The notes beneath the pieces are model-generated. The model did not search any database, was not told where the DNA came from, and worked only from the letters and a program-made list of their open reading frames with translations. A DNA stretch of 64,000 bases from Octopus vulgaris. Lineage: Eukaryota. The position numbers and the translations under genes were made by a program. Within the stretch, counting starts at the first letter, position 1, and every line of letters starts with the position of its first letter. Positions 1-13,287 of the stretch are shown piece by piece. The DNA lies in the NCBI GenBank assembly GCA_951406725.2, contig OX597815.1, forward strand, positions 91,078,001 to 91,142,000. The letters are read 5' to 3'.

Positions 1-768
1 TTCGTGTGTACATTTTAGAAATTAAATTGTATGTGTATATATAGATACATAATGTGTATGCGCACGCACACACACACACGAACGCCGCGCTTACATGTTT
101 TATCAAAGCTACGCAGCCTTCAATTTGAAGTTAGCTCAAAATCTTCCTCAATCCCTCTCTCGCTATCTCGCTTTCCTTTTACTTCAATTTCCCTAATATG
201 TGTGTGAGTGTGTGTATGTGTGTGTGTCCGTGCGTGCGTGTGTGTGTATATGTATTATATGCATACAGAAACCTACATATATACATATTCATATATATAT
301 ATATATATATGGTAATATATTTTTATATTGGCTCTTTTGCTTTTATAAACACTTAATCTTATAATTTCATTAGACACACAAATATAAATTCAGAATATTA
401 TATATGTGTGAGTTTTCTCTGTGCATTTATAAATGTATCTGTATATATGCATATATATTTATGTGTGTGCGTATGCATCCCCATGTATACGCAGACTCAT
501 CACATACATACTTAACACAACCATAGGGATGTTCCCTCTGACGCCACCACTTTCGGTGTTAGACATCTACTGCAGACATTGAACAAACGATAATGATTCT
601 ATAATTACGTGAAGTAACAGAAATAAATCTATGTGACATTTTCTTTGGTGTATTTTAAAGTCTTTTACTGTTAATCTTGCTTTGGCCTAAATTTAGCATT
701 AAACAAAAACGAATTGCCAATCAAAGAACTAGCAACAAACACCAGCAGCTACAAACGACAGCCACAAC

Positions 769-828
<60 letters not shown>
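769..828. repeat. (GTA)n microsatellite
   Basis: Direct tandem GTA run; source of the poly-Val in ORF 677..1066. Confidence 0.95.
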
Positions 829-829
<1 letters not shown>

Positions 830-1099
830 CTGTTGTTGCTGCTGATGATCACCATCATCAAAATCATGGCATTAATAGTAATAACAACATGTCTAAAGCG
901 AGAAGTATTCCTAACGGCTGATTGCAGTGAATATGACCTTTGTACGGCTCAAATATGTTCCAAACATTTGAACTGGTCAAAATGCTTATTTTCTCACAAT
1001 ACTACTTTCGCGTGCCTATTACAATATTTTCTTTACTACTGCAGAAACAGATTACAAAATGTGTGATAGCTTACATTAATAGAGAGATAATTGAAAGCT

Positions 1100-1980
1100 T
1101 TGATATACCTGGTATGAAAAGGCGATGCAGTCCCCAGAAAAATGGGTGTCTACCAAACCCCAATGAAGTAGTCTCAAAAATCCATAATACTCTGACAACC
1201 AAGAATATATGCCTTCTTTCTCTTGGCTTAAACGTGCATGCTTGAGAGGCGGCATATTATCACCCGCTTTTCAATGCTTTTCTCCTCGAAGTGAAACTTG
1301 AAAACGTTGATAGAGGCTTGGTCGAATAGGAAAGCCTTCACTCTTAGCCTTTTCAGCCATGTGCATCTCACAGGAAACCTGCCTGCCTTTACCAGCAAAG
1401 GAGGCGGTGTGATCTTCAAGATGAACTCAACTGACAGCTGCATCTGTTCTTTCTACACGTGACTGTTGTTCGATAAAGCCCCATAATTCAATGCTTTGAC
1501 AATGAACGAATGCAGAAGTACTTCACCGTTCTGCTCACATTTCAAACAGACCTAGATGACAGCATTTTTCTACCAGTACAATTTATCTCGAACTTGTAAT
1601 AATTCCGTGTAGCACTAACAGGCAAGAGATTTCTGGGAGTTATCCTTAATTGCCCATTTAAAAGTTATTTGAAATAGAACAGGACATGACTTCCTGAAAT
1701 TGTCTTTTTAAAAGCATATTGAAAGCTTTCCATTTTTGATGGGTGGGTATATCACTTTTCACATTTCTTTCCATTATCTTTGATAAATTCCACAGCCACG
1801 GAGACACAGCATTTCCTGACACACAGCTATCACGCTTCCAGCTCCGAGTGAATGATGTTGACAAAATTTCTTCCATTGCTATTAACGATAATTACAATAT
1901 CCTCACTTAGGCAAAAGCACGTGTATTTGAGTGTTGTTGCTGTCCCAGTTGTTCTTCCAAACATGTCGCTAGAAATCTTT
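1100..1980 (-). mobile_element. Degenerate L1/Tx1-clade LINE ORF2 C-terminus
   Basis: Manual minus-strand translation across frameshifts and stops: KDNSQKSLAC*CYTELLQVRDKLYW ... VCLKCEQNGEVLLHSF/VHCQSIELWGFIEQ (C-x2-C...H-x4-C knuckle then W), then ...WLKRLRVK...INVFKFHF. Resembles the zf-RVT/CCHC end of L1/Tx1 ORF2. Confidence 0.55.
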
Positions 1981-2338
1981 ACATTGCTATATTCATATAA
2001 ATATCACAAAAGTGGAAATTGAGATAATTTTTAAACTATCAAGATCTAGTTGGAGAGATGAAGAGATTGTTTGACACAAGGATGAAAATTGCAATTGGTA
2101 TACTCATCCCGCAACCAAAATTGCTATCAAAGAGGATGGAACATATAGGAATTGAGGTACGTGTTGTCGGCCTGTAGAAAAAGGCCACCCTGTATTTTGA
2201 ATTATCCTAATAGAGTTCAGGAGATATATTTTCCCAAAACATAGGATAACACACCTGCTAATTAAATTAGCATGTAAATTTTTTTCTGCAATAATAATAA
2301 TAACAACAACAACAACAATAACAATAATAATAATAATA

Positions 2339-2557
2339 GGGCGGCGAGCTGGCAGAATCGTTAGCGCGCCGGGCGAAATGCTTAGCGGTATTTCATCTGC
2401 CGTTACGTTCTGAGTTTAAATTCCGCCCAGGTCGACTTTGCCTTTCATCCTTTCGGGGTCGATAAATTAAGGACTAGTTACATACTGGGGTCGGTGTAAT
2501 CGATTGAATCCCTTTGTCTATCGCCTCTAAGTTTAGCCACTGTTGGCAATAAAGAAA
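2339..2557 (+). mobile_element. tRNA-derived SINE with Deu/Nin-like core
   Basis: Head GGCGGCGAGCTGGCAGAATCGTTAGC (A-box-like), B-box-like GAGTTTAAATTCC, core GTCGACTTTGCCTTTCATCCTTTCGGGGTCGATAAATTAAG, tail CAATAAAGAAAT; more than 10 related copies in the window. Confidence 0.85.
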
Positions 2558-2657
2558 TGAAGAAGAAGAAGAAGAAGAAGAAGAAGAAGAAGAAGAAGAA
2601 GAAGAAGAAGAAGAAGAAGAAGAAGGAGGAGGAGGAGGAGGAGGAGGAGGAGGAGGG
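2558..2657. repeat. (GAA)n followed by (GAG)n microsatellite at the SINE tail
   Basis: Direct observation; explains the poly-K/poly-E ORF 2557..2781. Confidence 0.95.
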
Positions 2658-2659
2658 CA

Positions 2660-3000
2660 GCAGTTTTGGCGGAGGGATGAGTCGATTACACCCGCCCCAG
2701 TGTTCGACTGGTACTTATTTTACCGTCTTCGAAAGGATGAAAGGCAAAACGACCTTGGCGGAATTTGAACTCAGAACGTAGCGACGGGCGAAATACTTAT
2801 TTCTTTACTACCCACAAGGGGCTAAACACAGAGAGGACAAACAAGGACAGACAAACGGATTAAGTCGATTACATCGACCCCAGTGCGTAACTGGTCCTTA
2901 ATTTATCGACCCCGAAAGGATGAAAGGCAAAGTCGACCTCGGCGGAATTTTAACTCAGATCGTAGCGGCAGCCGAAATACCGCTAAGCATTTCGCCCGGA
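2660..3000 (-). mobile_element. Two-unit Deu/Nin-like SINE composite
   Basis: Two reverse-strand copies of the core (GAAAGGATGAAAGGCAAA...GAATTTGAACTCAG) joined near 2797 (GAAATACTTATTTCTTTA). Confidence 0.85.
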
Positions 3001-3404
3001 TGCTTAGCAGACGCTCAACATAAGCCCACAAGTCAGCAATTCCCGGACCCTAAACGAATATGCGCAGAACGGTTTCGTCAGTCTGCGCACACCTTGAAGA
3101 AACCTATCCGTGCCTGTAGAGTTTATCTCGAACCGATATATATATATATATAACCAAATAATTTCTATATTTTACTGTCACCGTTGCTGCTGTTGGTTTT
3201 ATTTTTATTATTTTTGATAATCCAATATTTCCTATCATACTGGAGGAGCATGTCAACATTCAATAGAAGATGCAAATTGCTGCGAAAAGACGGTAACAAC
3301 AAATGAGATTCTGATGTTGGTAAGTGTGTGGGCGAAGGGTAAGTAGTTTAGCCTGGATTATATTTAGTACGGGCTTTGTGTAAACATGTCAGACATGTCC
3401 ACTG

Positions 3405-3624
3405 AGTTCTGTAGATGAGGTGAGAACAGTAGTGGAGGAGTATTTTTCGCTACGGACAAGGGAATTTGGGAAGAGAGGCCTTGCAAGTCTACCAGATAGA
3501 TGGAAGAGTATTGTAGAAAATGAAGGAGAGTATATTTTAGATTTAAAAATTTTAAACCTTGTCTATCTTAATTTTGAAAAATAAAAGTATAAAAAAGAAC
3601 GCATTATTTATGGGATGACCCAAT
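3405..3624 (+). mobile_element. Mariner transposon 3' fragment (transposase C-terminus and right TIR)
   Basis: Translates SVDEVRTVVEEYFSLRTREFGKRGLASLPDRWKSIVENEGEYILD, a typical mariner C-terminus; followed by TIR-like CGCATTATTTATGGGATGACCCAAT. Confidence 0.85.
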
Positions 3625-3665
3625 GTATATGTATATATATATATATGTGTGTGTATGTATGTAAG

Positions 3666-3720
<55 letters not shown>

Positions 3721-3724
<4 letters not shown>

Positions 3725-5052
3725 TAATAAACACAATATATTTTTATGTGCTACTGTTAGTTTCATGCAAATAAAATAATCCAAACAGTATTTTTAACAC
3801 ACCTGGTGTCTCAGCGCAATCTTAGTTTATATTTTAGATGTTTCCCTAGAGCTAAACACCTCCTCTTATAAAACTTACCATAAGCTCAACGAGAAACTTT
3901 ACTAAATACATAAATAGCCTTGTCGATCCCATGTAGTATTTATATACCTCTTAGCTAACATAAGTAACAGAGTATCTAAATTCTCTTCCTCTAAAGAAAT
4001 TTTCGAGAAGACAGCCCTGTACTACAATAATGCCCAAGCCAATAGTGGTTTTAAAAACAAATTAATATATAACCCCTGTAATATTAAGAGGAATAATAAA
4101 AATAATAGACCTATGGAAAAACTTGGTTCGCTATCCACTCCCTTTCCGTTCATGTAAAACCTAACATAGGTAAAAGATTCCAGTCTCTCCTAGACAAACA
4201 TTTTCCAGAAAATCACAAGTACAGGAAAATATTTAACAGACGCTCAGTGAAATTATCATACAGCTGCTCTCCAATGTGAAAAGCATCATTACACGATAAC
4301 AACACCAAGAGCTCACTCCTAGTTGTAACTGTCGAAATGCAGTAACATGTCCACTCGAACAAAGATGTATGATTAAATCCGTCATATATAAGGCAGAAGT
4401 TACAACAATGCTAAAGGATAACACAACCGATAGTTAGAACTATATGGGACTAAGTGCTGGAGACTTCAAACATCGCTATACTAACCACATATCTTCCTTC
4501 CGACACAGGAACAAAAGTAAAGCTACTAAGTTGGCTAGCCACATATGGGGTTTGAAGTCGAACGTCACACCATACATGATAAAGCGGAAAGTAGTCGAAA
4601 TATCCTCACCATATGTCAACAGATCAAAAAATGTAAGCGCTGCGTAGCTGAAAGTACTCAGATACTTCTCAGATCTATCAATCTGCTGAATTCTAGATCC
4701 GATATTTTCAGCGGTTGTAAGCTAAGTTCCTGTTGATAAATTGGAAAGTACCACCCTCTCTTCTTTTGCAGCTGTACAATAGACACCAGGCCACTATGTT
4801 TTCAGTCTTATATTTTCCGGTCAAAGGGAACATAATTCTAATTCACCCACTTTTATTGTCCTATTTTTAACTTGTTATGCCGCATGGCACCGAAACACCA
4901 GGCGTGTTAAAATATACTTTTTAGTTTCATCGCATGAACCTAAAAGTGGCACATAGAAACATTTATTGTGCTTATTACATAATATTTGTCTCTCACCAGA
5001 TGGAGTACTTTCTTTGCTGATATTACCATCACGGGACAGTATATTATGTGCG
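3721..5052 (+). mobile_element. Penelope-like retroelement relic (end of RT, GIY-YIG endonuclease, 3' pseudo-LTR)
   Basis: [38 protein letters not shown]; CNCRNAVTCPLEQRCMIKSVIYKAEV; YMGLSAGDFKHRYTNHISSFR...TKLASHIWGLK; KKCKRCVAE...LLNSRSDIFSGC; several stops and frameshifts; (TA)n on both sides. Confidence 0.9.
4865..4912 (+). ncRNA. Decayed type I hammerhead-like motif in the PLE 3' region
   Basis: Stem I TTTTAAC/GTTAAAA, stem II TGCC-GCAT-GGCA, GAAAC present; the CUGANGA box is corrupted (TTGTTA). Confidence 0.35.
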
Positions 5053-5063
5053 TATATATATGT

Positions 5064-5096
<33 letters not shown>

Positions 5097-5100
<4 letters not shown>

Positions 5101-5257
5101 CGCGATCACCGCGACCGACCAGGCTATCAGATGTTGCAACACATCGCTGGTCACAATGCGCTTCGCATTGTTTTAGCCTTCAAATGACGCCATCCCGCTT
5201 AGCCAATAGAAGAAACAGTGAGAGGAAGTTGTGGCGAAAGAGTACAGCAGGGATCGC
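5097..5257 (-). mobile_element. SINE-like repeat 3' portion with hairpin-rich tail
   Basis: Minus strand ends GACCAGCGATGTGTTGCAACATCTGATAGCCTGGTCGGTCGCGGTGATCGCGGTGAT against (TA)n; a related tail lies on + at about 14255-14303. Confidence 0.55.
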
Positions 5258-5291
5258 TGAAGATTTCTCTTGAATGAAACAGTTCTAGTCC
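5257..5291 (+). ncRNA. Partial minimal hammerhead motif in a PLE-type terminus
   Basis: CTGAAGA-T-TTC-tctt-GAA-T-GAAAC-A-GT-T; stem I poor; about 100 nt upstream of a (TA)n array. Confidence 0.4.
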
Positions 5292-5387
5292 TGTAGAAGC
5301 TCCTTCTATATAATAAATTAATTTTACTCTGCTATGTATTGAGTACCTTATTTACTGTGGTTAACCCCGAATCAACCCGGGACCTAC

Positions 5388-5445
<58 letters not shown>

Positions 5446-5477
5446 CGTGTGTTTATGTGCGCACGTGTGTATGTGTA

Positions 5478-5558
<81 letters not shown>

Positions 5559-6582
5559 GCGTGTGTGTATGTGTGTGTATGTGTGTTTATACATATATCA
5601 GGCATTGCAGTGTTTGAAAAGAATTTAGAATTTCATAACAAAGATCAATAGCTCGATGAAGTCAGAAACAAAATATTTCTTAATAAAGAATGGCGCCACT
5701 AGGAATCGGTGGAAATAGAAATGAAGCTTTTATCATTTAGAATGTAATACAGTGAAATGTGACATTTTTCCATAATTATTTTCTTTCTTTCATTTAAAAC
5801 TAAAGTGAGAATTTTAATTTTGTAAAAGTTGTAAATTTTTATAAATTGTAAAACAAATGTAAATTTGTTCCATCGATATTTTTATTGGTATCTTGTAGTT
5901 ATTTTTGCATTGCCCAATTCATCATTTTAGCTCTTTCACTTAAGAAGTATAATAATAAAAATACGTAACTTTTAAAATATATTTAGTTGAAGGGTGATGA
6001 ATCGACAGAGATTCTTACAGTAACGATTAAAGATTTTGCTTTTTTTTTCTTTCTTTGTTTCTTAACATTTTGAGTTCAAAGAAGACCAAGACTGATTTTG
6101 CTGTTTGTTGCTTAGGTTTAACACAAGTATTATGTTAATCAATATTAATCTTCCTCTTCAAAATTAGGTCTTGTGCTACTTTAGTATAACAGTTAAAACT
6201 GAAAATATTAGCCTTATTTTTAATAGGTAAAAAATACAGAATGCCTCGGTATCAATATTTATGTTTGTGCTTAGGGAAGTGGAAAGTTGAATAAAAGATT
6301 ACGCATTACTTAGGTGTGTCTTTAAATGTTGGGGCTTTAAATCCCCATGGTCTACTTGCCTTTTAATTCTTGAAAGTCTACAAATGCAGACCTCCCAATC
6401 ATTAATGGTAATGATCTCTGCTGGTGTGATCTCGTATTCACAACTGCCTCCCAAAAGCCGGCGTTCTTCTTTATAGTCAGAAGGTACTTCACTCTTAAAA
6501 GATTTCTAAATCTCTATAAATTACAAGTGAGAACCACAAAGAAATATTGCTTTCAGATCTAGAATTGTACAATATATACGCG

Positions 6583-6631
<49 letters not shown>

Positions 6632-6749
6632 AAACACACACACACACACAACAGATACTTGATTGACATGGTGTTGCATATCAAGCCACACAAACCAACA
6701 TCTCTCCTACAATCGTTCTGACGCGTAACTTTTTCCTACTGCAGTTACA

Positions 6750-9500
6750 GTGTTCTTTGGCCCCCCAGTGTTAACTAATCTCATTTCACCTTCACTCAAG
6801 CATCTCCATTCACATAGTCTCTTTTCCTTCTGGCGGCCATATTATCTGTTTCATAAATCCGGCACTAACCACTGCCAACTCCTACATCTCAAACTTTTGG
6901 AATTCCATGCCTGTCTGTGTTTTTTATTTCTTTTGTTGTTCTTAACTTACAGTTTCTCAAACGTAACAGCAACCATATTGAATCCAATTGTACAAAAGCT
7001 GTAACCACAGTTTCTAGTGGGCTGTGAATAACAGATTCAGTGGCTGTAGCTAACGAAACAAAACGATACACAAATGCGTGTTTCCCAGTTCGATTACGTC
7101 CTTCGTAGTCCAGCACGGTGTGTTTCCACACACATTATCTTTAAGGATGAATTACCCTCTTGAGGCTGTTTCTGTAGCGAAATTCCTTCAACGTTTAAAC
7201 GTACACAAACCTGCTAAATATAATTGTACACTGATTTGTCCTAATCATTGCTGCTTTATACTTCGTTGTCAATGGTATTTTTGACTTACCACCCATAACC
7301 CACCAGATGACTGTTAAATACAGTTGCAGCTTCGCATGGTTTGAAGTATAAATGACAGCTGAACATTGCGACCCCTCGATTGATTTTGGTCCCTCCCACG
7401 CAGCCTACATTGTGATTTGTGTGTATTTTCAACTGGTTAGATCTGCGAAGGTCACCATTCTTCCACTGCCATGATGGAATGACAGATAAATTCACCATAA
7501 AGGCACATATGTATGTCACCGGATTATAGTGATAAACGCTTGTATAACACAAGTCTCTGAGTTTCCGTCATTAGTACCTAGTAACAGGCCGAAGCAAGAT
7601 AAGTAATCACTTGGAAGCAAAGGTTTTTACATCAGAGTGTCCCTCACCTAAATGGATGCTGTGACAACAGCTAGAAGCTTCTCAGTGCCGGTGGTTTTAA
7701 CTGTTGGATGACCGTTGACTCAACAGAGTTCATCCACCCTAGGGTTGCCGGTTTAGTCGGCGGCGGCACAACAATGCAACAGATTGTACTGGGTTACATG
7801 TTACCAGGATCACTAACAGTGATCTGACATAACGTGTATACATAAGTACATACATGTGTGTATGTGTGTGTATGTGCGTATGTATGCGCGGGCGCTTGTG
7901 TGTGTACGTATGTATGTATATATGTATTTCGCTTAGGCATTGTTGTAAGCTAATGAAGTTCATAACACAACCATAATTTTCCCTGTATCATCTCTTTTTC
8001 TTTCATATATATAAAGGTGAAAGATGGAAAAACCCATACAGGGCATAAAGCTGGCCAGATGGTGGTCATCCTGGTTTCCAGTACAAAAATATTCTCATTG
8101 CAGATACGCCTGAAGTAATTGTGATAACATGTCTGCCATGGATCCTCATATGTTTACCTAACTCTGATTTTGTTTTAAAATTTCTGTTACAGATATAGAA
8201 TATAGTTTTCTAACGAATCACATCAGCAGCTGTTCAGCCTTGGTGCATACTTCGAAAATGGATTTTCTGTTTGGCTGTAGATTAACAAACCTTTGAACAC
8301 AAATAACAGAACAGTTCCACTTTTGCTGTTGGATCTACAAGCATATAAGTACCATGTTGGTGGTCTCCTGATATGTCAGTTTCTGGGATGTCAGACCCAG
8401 CTTTTGGAAATATAATGCGACCACAGGCTGCGCAGGGGATTTTATCACTAGATTCCCCCACCACACAGAGCTTCAACATGCGCAGTTCTGGGGGTTTGTG
8501 TTCTCTTTTGTTCTGTGCTCAATTTTCACAATAAATGTGACTTAAATGTTTTTGAATCGTCTTGTGTGAGGTGAGGGAGTGATGCGAATGATTACAGAGA
8601 ACTAATTCGGGCTCTGGACGCCTGAAATCATCAAGGCGGATAACGTCACCAAACTATCTCATATGTACTTGCTGAGGCAAACTTCCTTAGTGAGATAGTT
8701 TGTCTTTTTCAGGTATAAAATATTTCCAACTGATGCTTAATGTACACATCAGACACTGGTGAAGGCTTTTGAGTAATGTTTCTTTATTTTCTAAAAACCT
8801 TGTTCCCAGTTAACCACAAGAACACAATCGTCACAATACAACAATTCGCTAGCAAGGTCTTTGATTTATATTTGAGACGAATCAGATTAAAGGAGTTTCC
8901 ATATTGCGATCTTTATTCTTCTTAATTCTCCCCGCAATGATTTATGGCACTTAAATAATTTTTCTATCTTCAAATGTTGCTTTTGAAATAAATTAGGATT
9001 GAGCAATTTATTGTGTAATTTATGCTGGCATCAGATATACCTGAGGCTCGGATATTTCAGAACTAATTTTCATCGAACTAATCTTTGTGCTTGCCAGTCA
9101 TAAATCAGTACATAAATTGTTTTGCTTGAAGTCTGACCATGAAGTATCAGGTGATGTGTTTGTTAGATTTTTACAAAAGGGTGCAGATATTACAGGACAG
9201 AGTCTCGGAATTTATCAACATTCGACCGTTTCGGAACTTTTGTGATGTTGTAAGCATATTAGATAGAGATCTGTTCAACACGTAATACCAAGCATTATGT
9301 AGCCAGATGTACTGCATGTTGCTCCACGCAAAACCTTAATGTTATGATTGCATATTATGAGAAAGTTAACAAGATGACTTTCACTCAACTGAGGATTATC
9401 TTTCACGTAATTTTTTGCTTGCATTTATGATTGAACTGTTCATTGCTCGTCACACAACTTCGAGGCTCAGTTGTAATACACGAAGACCACTGTTATTCTT
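6750..9500 (-). mobile_element. Highly decayed BEL/Pao-like LTR retrotransposon pol remnant
   Basis: Scattered minus-strand motifs in BEL order: VLRGATCS (RT, cf. FG...SP) near 9330, SLRKFASAST (cf. LH.F.DAS) near 8680, ASRARISSL*SFASLPHL (cf. SKSRVAP...LPRLEL) near 8600, EQQKK*K and IWPP near 6930-6830; no intact ORF or LTR seen. Confidence 0.4.
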
Positions 9501-10295
9501 TTTGAGGTAAACGAAGCACTCCAGACGAGATTACGAATTACTGTCCCGACCTATATACTAGCATTAAATCCAGCAGCTAGGATGATATCATCGCAAGTAG
9601 CATAGAAAGACTAACACTTTTAAGATTGGCGTATACACAGCGAAAAGTTACATATCACCTACAGGATAGTGGAAAACAGAGGTCACTCAAATTAGATGGC
9701 AGCTCATCTAGCCTATAAACTAGATTCTTCTTGATCGCAAACCAACGTCACCATTCCGTTTCTCATCTGTCGGCTTGCTAACCCAAAATATGCTATAACC
9801 GCAATCCATTTCAATTAGTTGAGCATTTTCCTCTTATAAGTATGTCTCAGAATTAGCCACGCTTCCACCGCTAAAGGATTTTGAGAGACCACTATAGATA
9901 AAACTGGTTCTTTGTTCTATTTCTTACAAAAGCTTCGATGTTTGGATTGAATTAACAAGAAGATTATTTAATTATACCACCAACAAACGCATTGTTAGTA
10001 AATTAGTCTAGCTATTAAAGTTCGTACTTGATTTAGTAAGTCATAGGTTCTCTTCATGGGAAGAAGTTTGAGAGAGACTTACTCGTGAAACATGTGGACA
10101 CGATCTACTATTATTATTTTATGTACAAAAAGATAAAAGTACGAAAAATTCACTTCTGTTTAGAGTTCAACAAATAAACGCTTTAAAACTCTAGTTCCAT
10201 TAATTTAAAAGTTAGATCTTACATACATGCACACACATGCATACATTCGTAGACACATTCATACACACACTTTTACACACACTCTCACACGCACA

Positions 10296-10373
<78 letters not shown>

Positions 10374-10848
10374 ACAGCTATTGATACATGTTTTATGCTA
10401 TGTGACCTCAGTACAGAATTGCTCGCCAAATCAATCCTGCGGGTTACAACATCTCGAGAAAGTGTTAAGTATGTTTTAGCCAAGAAAAGTTGTATAGGAA
10501 CATTTCTTACAAGATCTAAGAAAAACTTCTCGAAGGAACTAATGTCAAGAATTTGAATGATTAAATTTTAAAATACTGTAAATGAATGCCGTACGCAGTA
10601 AAGTTTTTTTTCTTTTTCTATATTTAAAAGCTTACTCCACTGATCCGTCTGCTCCAGGTTAAATACACCTTCCTAAGTAAATTTACATGAACGATTTTCA
10701 TTTTTGTTTTTTAAATCTCTCTGTTATTCTTTAAAAATCGCTTGTAAGTACCACTAAACATTGCTGTCTTTCTCCAACATAATTTTAATAAATTAAGAAT
10801 TGGTAGCGTAAATCGCTCTTTGACGTGTGTACGATTATACTGACAGAC

Positions 10849-10895
<47 letters not shown>

Positions 10896-11402
10896 CAGAC
10901 AGACTAGCAAACATTTCGAACTCAACTTATCACCCCTTTAACCGTTACATATCAAACGATTAGTTTATTTTTTATTCATATCTTCAGCCTACCCTCCACT
11001 TGTAGACCCTTATTAGATTCTTTAATTACAGGAGAATCAATGTGAAAACAGATAAGAAACATGACTTAACATTTGATAATTTTCTTTTCTTTAGTGGAAG
11101 ATCAATATTTATATAACATTTACGATCAGTAATTCTTTTCACAATACAATAAAAAAAAAACGGAGAAGATTCCCAAATTCGTAACTTGTTTAGTAAAGTA
11201 TATCGAATTTTTTTGTAAAGCATAATAGCAACAAATGACTACAAAAGAAAGAGATAACATTATCTCAAGAGTTTTATTAACAGATGCATAGTGAATTGGT
11301 CTCAAGTGGGGATGGAAAGCTATTAAAAGACTCTTCTCAGCTAAAGAATTCGAGAACACCACTGCTACATAAGGTAACACTCCTTATGTACAGCTAGAGT
11401 AA

Positions 11403-12027
11403 TAATCCTTTCTATACTATAAGCACAAGGCCTGAAATTTTTTGGGGAAGGGACTTAGTCAACTACATCGACCTTAGTGCGCGACGGGTACATATTTTAT
11501 CGACCGCAAAAGGACAAAAGGCAAAGTCGATCTCGGCGGAATTTGAACTCAGAACGTAAAAGAACGGATGAAATGTCGTTAAGCGTTTTGTTCTATGTGC
11601 TAACGAGTCTTATTTCTTTATTTCCCTCAAGGGGCTAAAAATAGAAGGGACAAACAAGGACAGACAAACGGATTAAGTCGATTACATCGACTCCAGTGCG
11701 TAACTGGTACTTATTTAATCGACCCTGAAAGGATGAAAAGCAAAGTCGACCTCGGCGGAATTTGAACTCAGAACGTAACGGCAGACGAAATACCTATTTC
11801 TTTATTACCCACAAGGGGCTAAACACAGAGGGGACAAACAAGGACAGACATAGGTATTAAGTCGATTACATCGACCCCAGTGCGTAACTGGTACTTAATT
11901 TATCGACCCCGAAAGGATGAAAGGCAAAGTCGACCTCGGCGGAATTTGAACTCACAACGTAACGCAGACGAAATACCGCTAAGCAATTCGCCAGGCGTGC
12001 TAACGTTTCTACCAGCTCTCCGCCCTT
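11403..12027 (-). mobile_element. Three-unit tandem Deu/Nin-like SINE array
   Basis: Three consecutive reverse copies of the core; one intact head at about 12027; junctions near 11793 and 11610; last unit has a different tail. Confidence 0.9.
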
Positions 12028-12156
12028 TTAACTCGATTAACTCGTCTATTTTGCCTCTGTAGTTATTGTACTTCTGTATACATGTATGTATTTATGAATC
12101 TCTATTGTATAAACATGCTGCGATAGTCCAATCTGAGAAAGTTGCAAATCCGTATA

Positions 12157-12215
<59 letters not shown>

Positions 12216-12379
12216 ATGCGTGTGTGCGTGCGTGCGTGCGTATGCACCTATGTCTTGACGGAGCTCTTTCTCTTCTTGAAGTTATTAACTTGGGTATACA
12301 CCGAAGGTTCGATGTTTTTGTCCCTAACCCTCTTTGTTATATACGTATATCATTCACTTAATGCAATCACATCAAACAA

Positions 12380-13110
12380 CGCCCACTTTTACTCAGACAA
12401 CATTACCCTTCATTCTTTTCTCTAACTTCCCTTCACTGTGCCTCCTCCACTTGCAAACTAGACCTCACACGCCAAAACCGATTCTATGATCTTTTTATGG
12501 GAATATATCAATTTTGTCTTTTACAACTGCTTGGAAGCGCACAAACGCTAACCACAATACTTAATCACAATTAAAATCCTTACAACCGCTCCAGATATTG
12601 GACCTCACAATCTTCAAAGATTTTTCCTTGCGAAAGCACATTCTTAACGTAACAAGGAGTGCATCCCAATGAATAGTCTTTCAATTCGGGTCCAGAAAAT
12701 ACTTCATTCCTTTAAACCTACAGACATTCACCAAGGCCCTTAATAATAGAGTATATATCTGACATTTAAGACGCTGGTTCTGCTGCTGGGCACACACAGA
12801 CATTGAGCCCAACATCAGTAAATTCCACGCAGCTTACTGGAATAGTCACTCACTGATGCCCTGAAACCTCTGCCACACAAGTCTACTGTCTGCCTCTGTA
12901 TCTCTTACTCCCTCTTTTTCTCTTTCACAACATTTTCTACCAAACATTATTACGGTCCTTGTTCTTCAGATATACGTGGCCTCAAGCCACCTCTACTCTT
13001 CGGCTCTCTTTTTGTTCATCACCCTTTCTGTATCTATCTTCATCATCCTAAGACCTGCAGAAATCACTGCTTCCAGTTCTTACTTCTCAAAACGTTGGCC
13101 TTCTGCGACT
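12380..13110 (+). mobile_element. CR1-group LINE RT C-terminal relic
   Basis: LQILDLTIFKDFSLRKHILNVTRSASQ*IVFQFGSRKYFIPLNLQTFTKA ... IIEYISDI* matches the CR1 pattern ILG.T...LSW..HI....ASxKL..L.R.R.YF...L..YKA...EY....W. Confidence 0.6.
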
Positions 13111-13147
13111 CTTTCGATAGTTTGGATCAGAGCCTATGCTTCACGAT

Positions 13148-13287
13148 GAAAAAGAAGAAGAAGAAGAAGAAGAAGAAGAAGAAGAAGAAGAAGAAGAAGA
13201 AGAAGAAGAAAAAGAAGAAGAAAAAGAAGAAGAAGAAGAAGAAGAAGAAGAAGAAGAAGAAGAAGAAGAAGAAGAAGAAGAAGAAAC
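13148..13287. repeat. (GAA)n microsatellite, about 140 bp
   Basis: Direct observation; explains the poly-K/poly-E ORFs. Confidence 0.95.

Noticed and set aside
677-1066. ORFs with poly-V, poly-K/E, CVCV, YIYI, LSIY or HTHT tracts here and throughout the track
   Set aside because: They are translations of microsatellites, with no protein-family motifs or convincing splice context.
2184-2193. GGCCACCCTG followed by TA, resembling a DNA transposon TIR end
   Set aside because: No partner end or transposase sequence nearby; the adjacent coding relic reads as a LINE.
3061-3089. Hairpin TGCGCAGA...TCTGCGCA whose minus-strand loop reads CTGACGAAACCGT, like a collapsed hammerhead
   Set aside because: Stem II is absent and there is no unpaired cleavage nucleotide, so the catalytic core cannot form.
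11403-12027. Regularly spaced repeats as a possible CRISPR array
   Set aside because: Units are about 185-nt SINE bodies without unique spacers; no cas genes; eukaryotic context.
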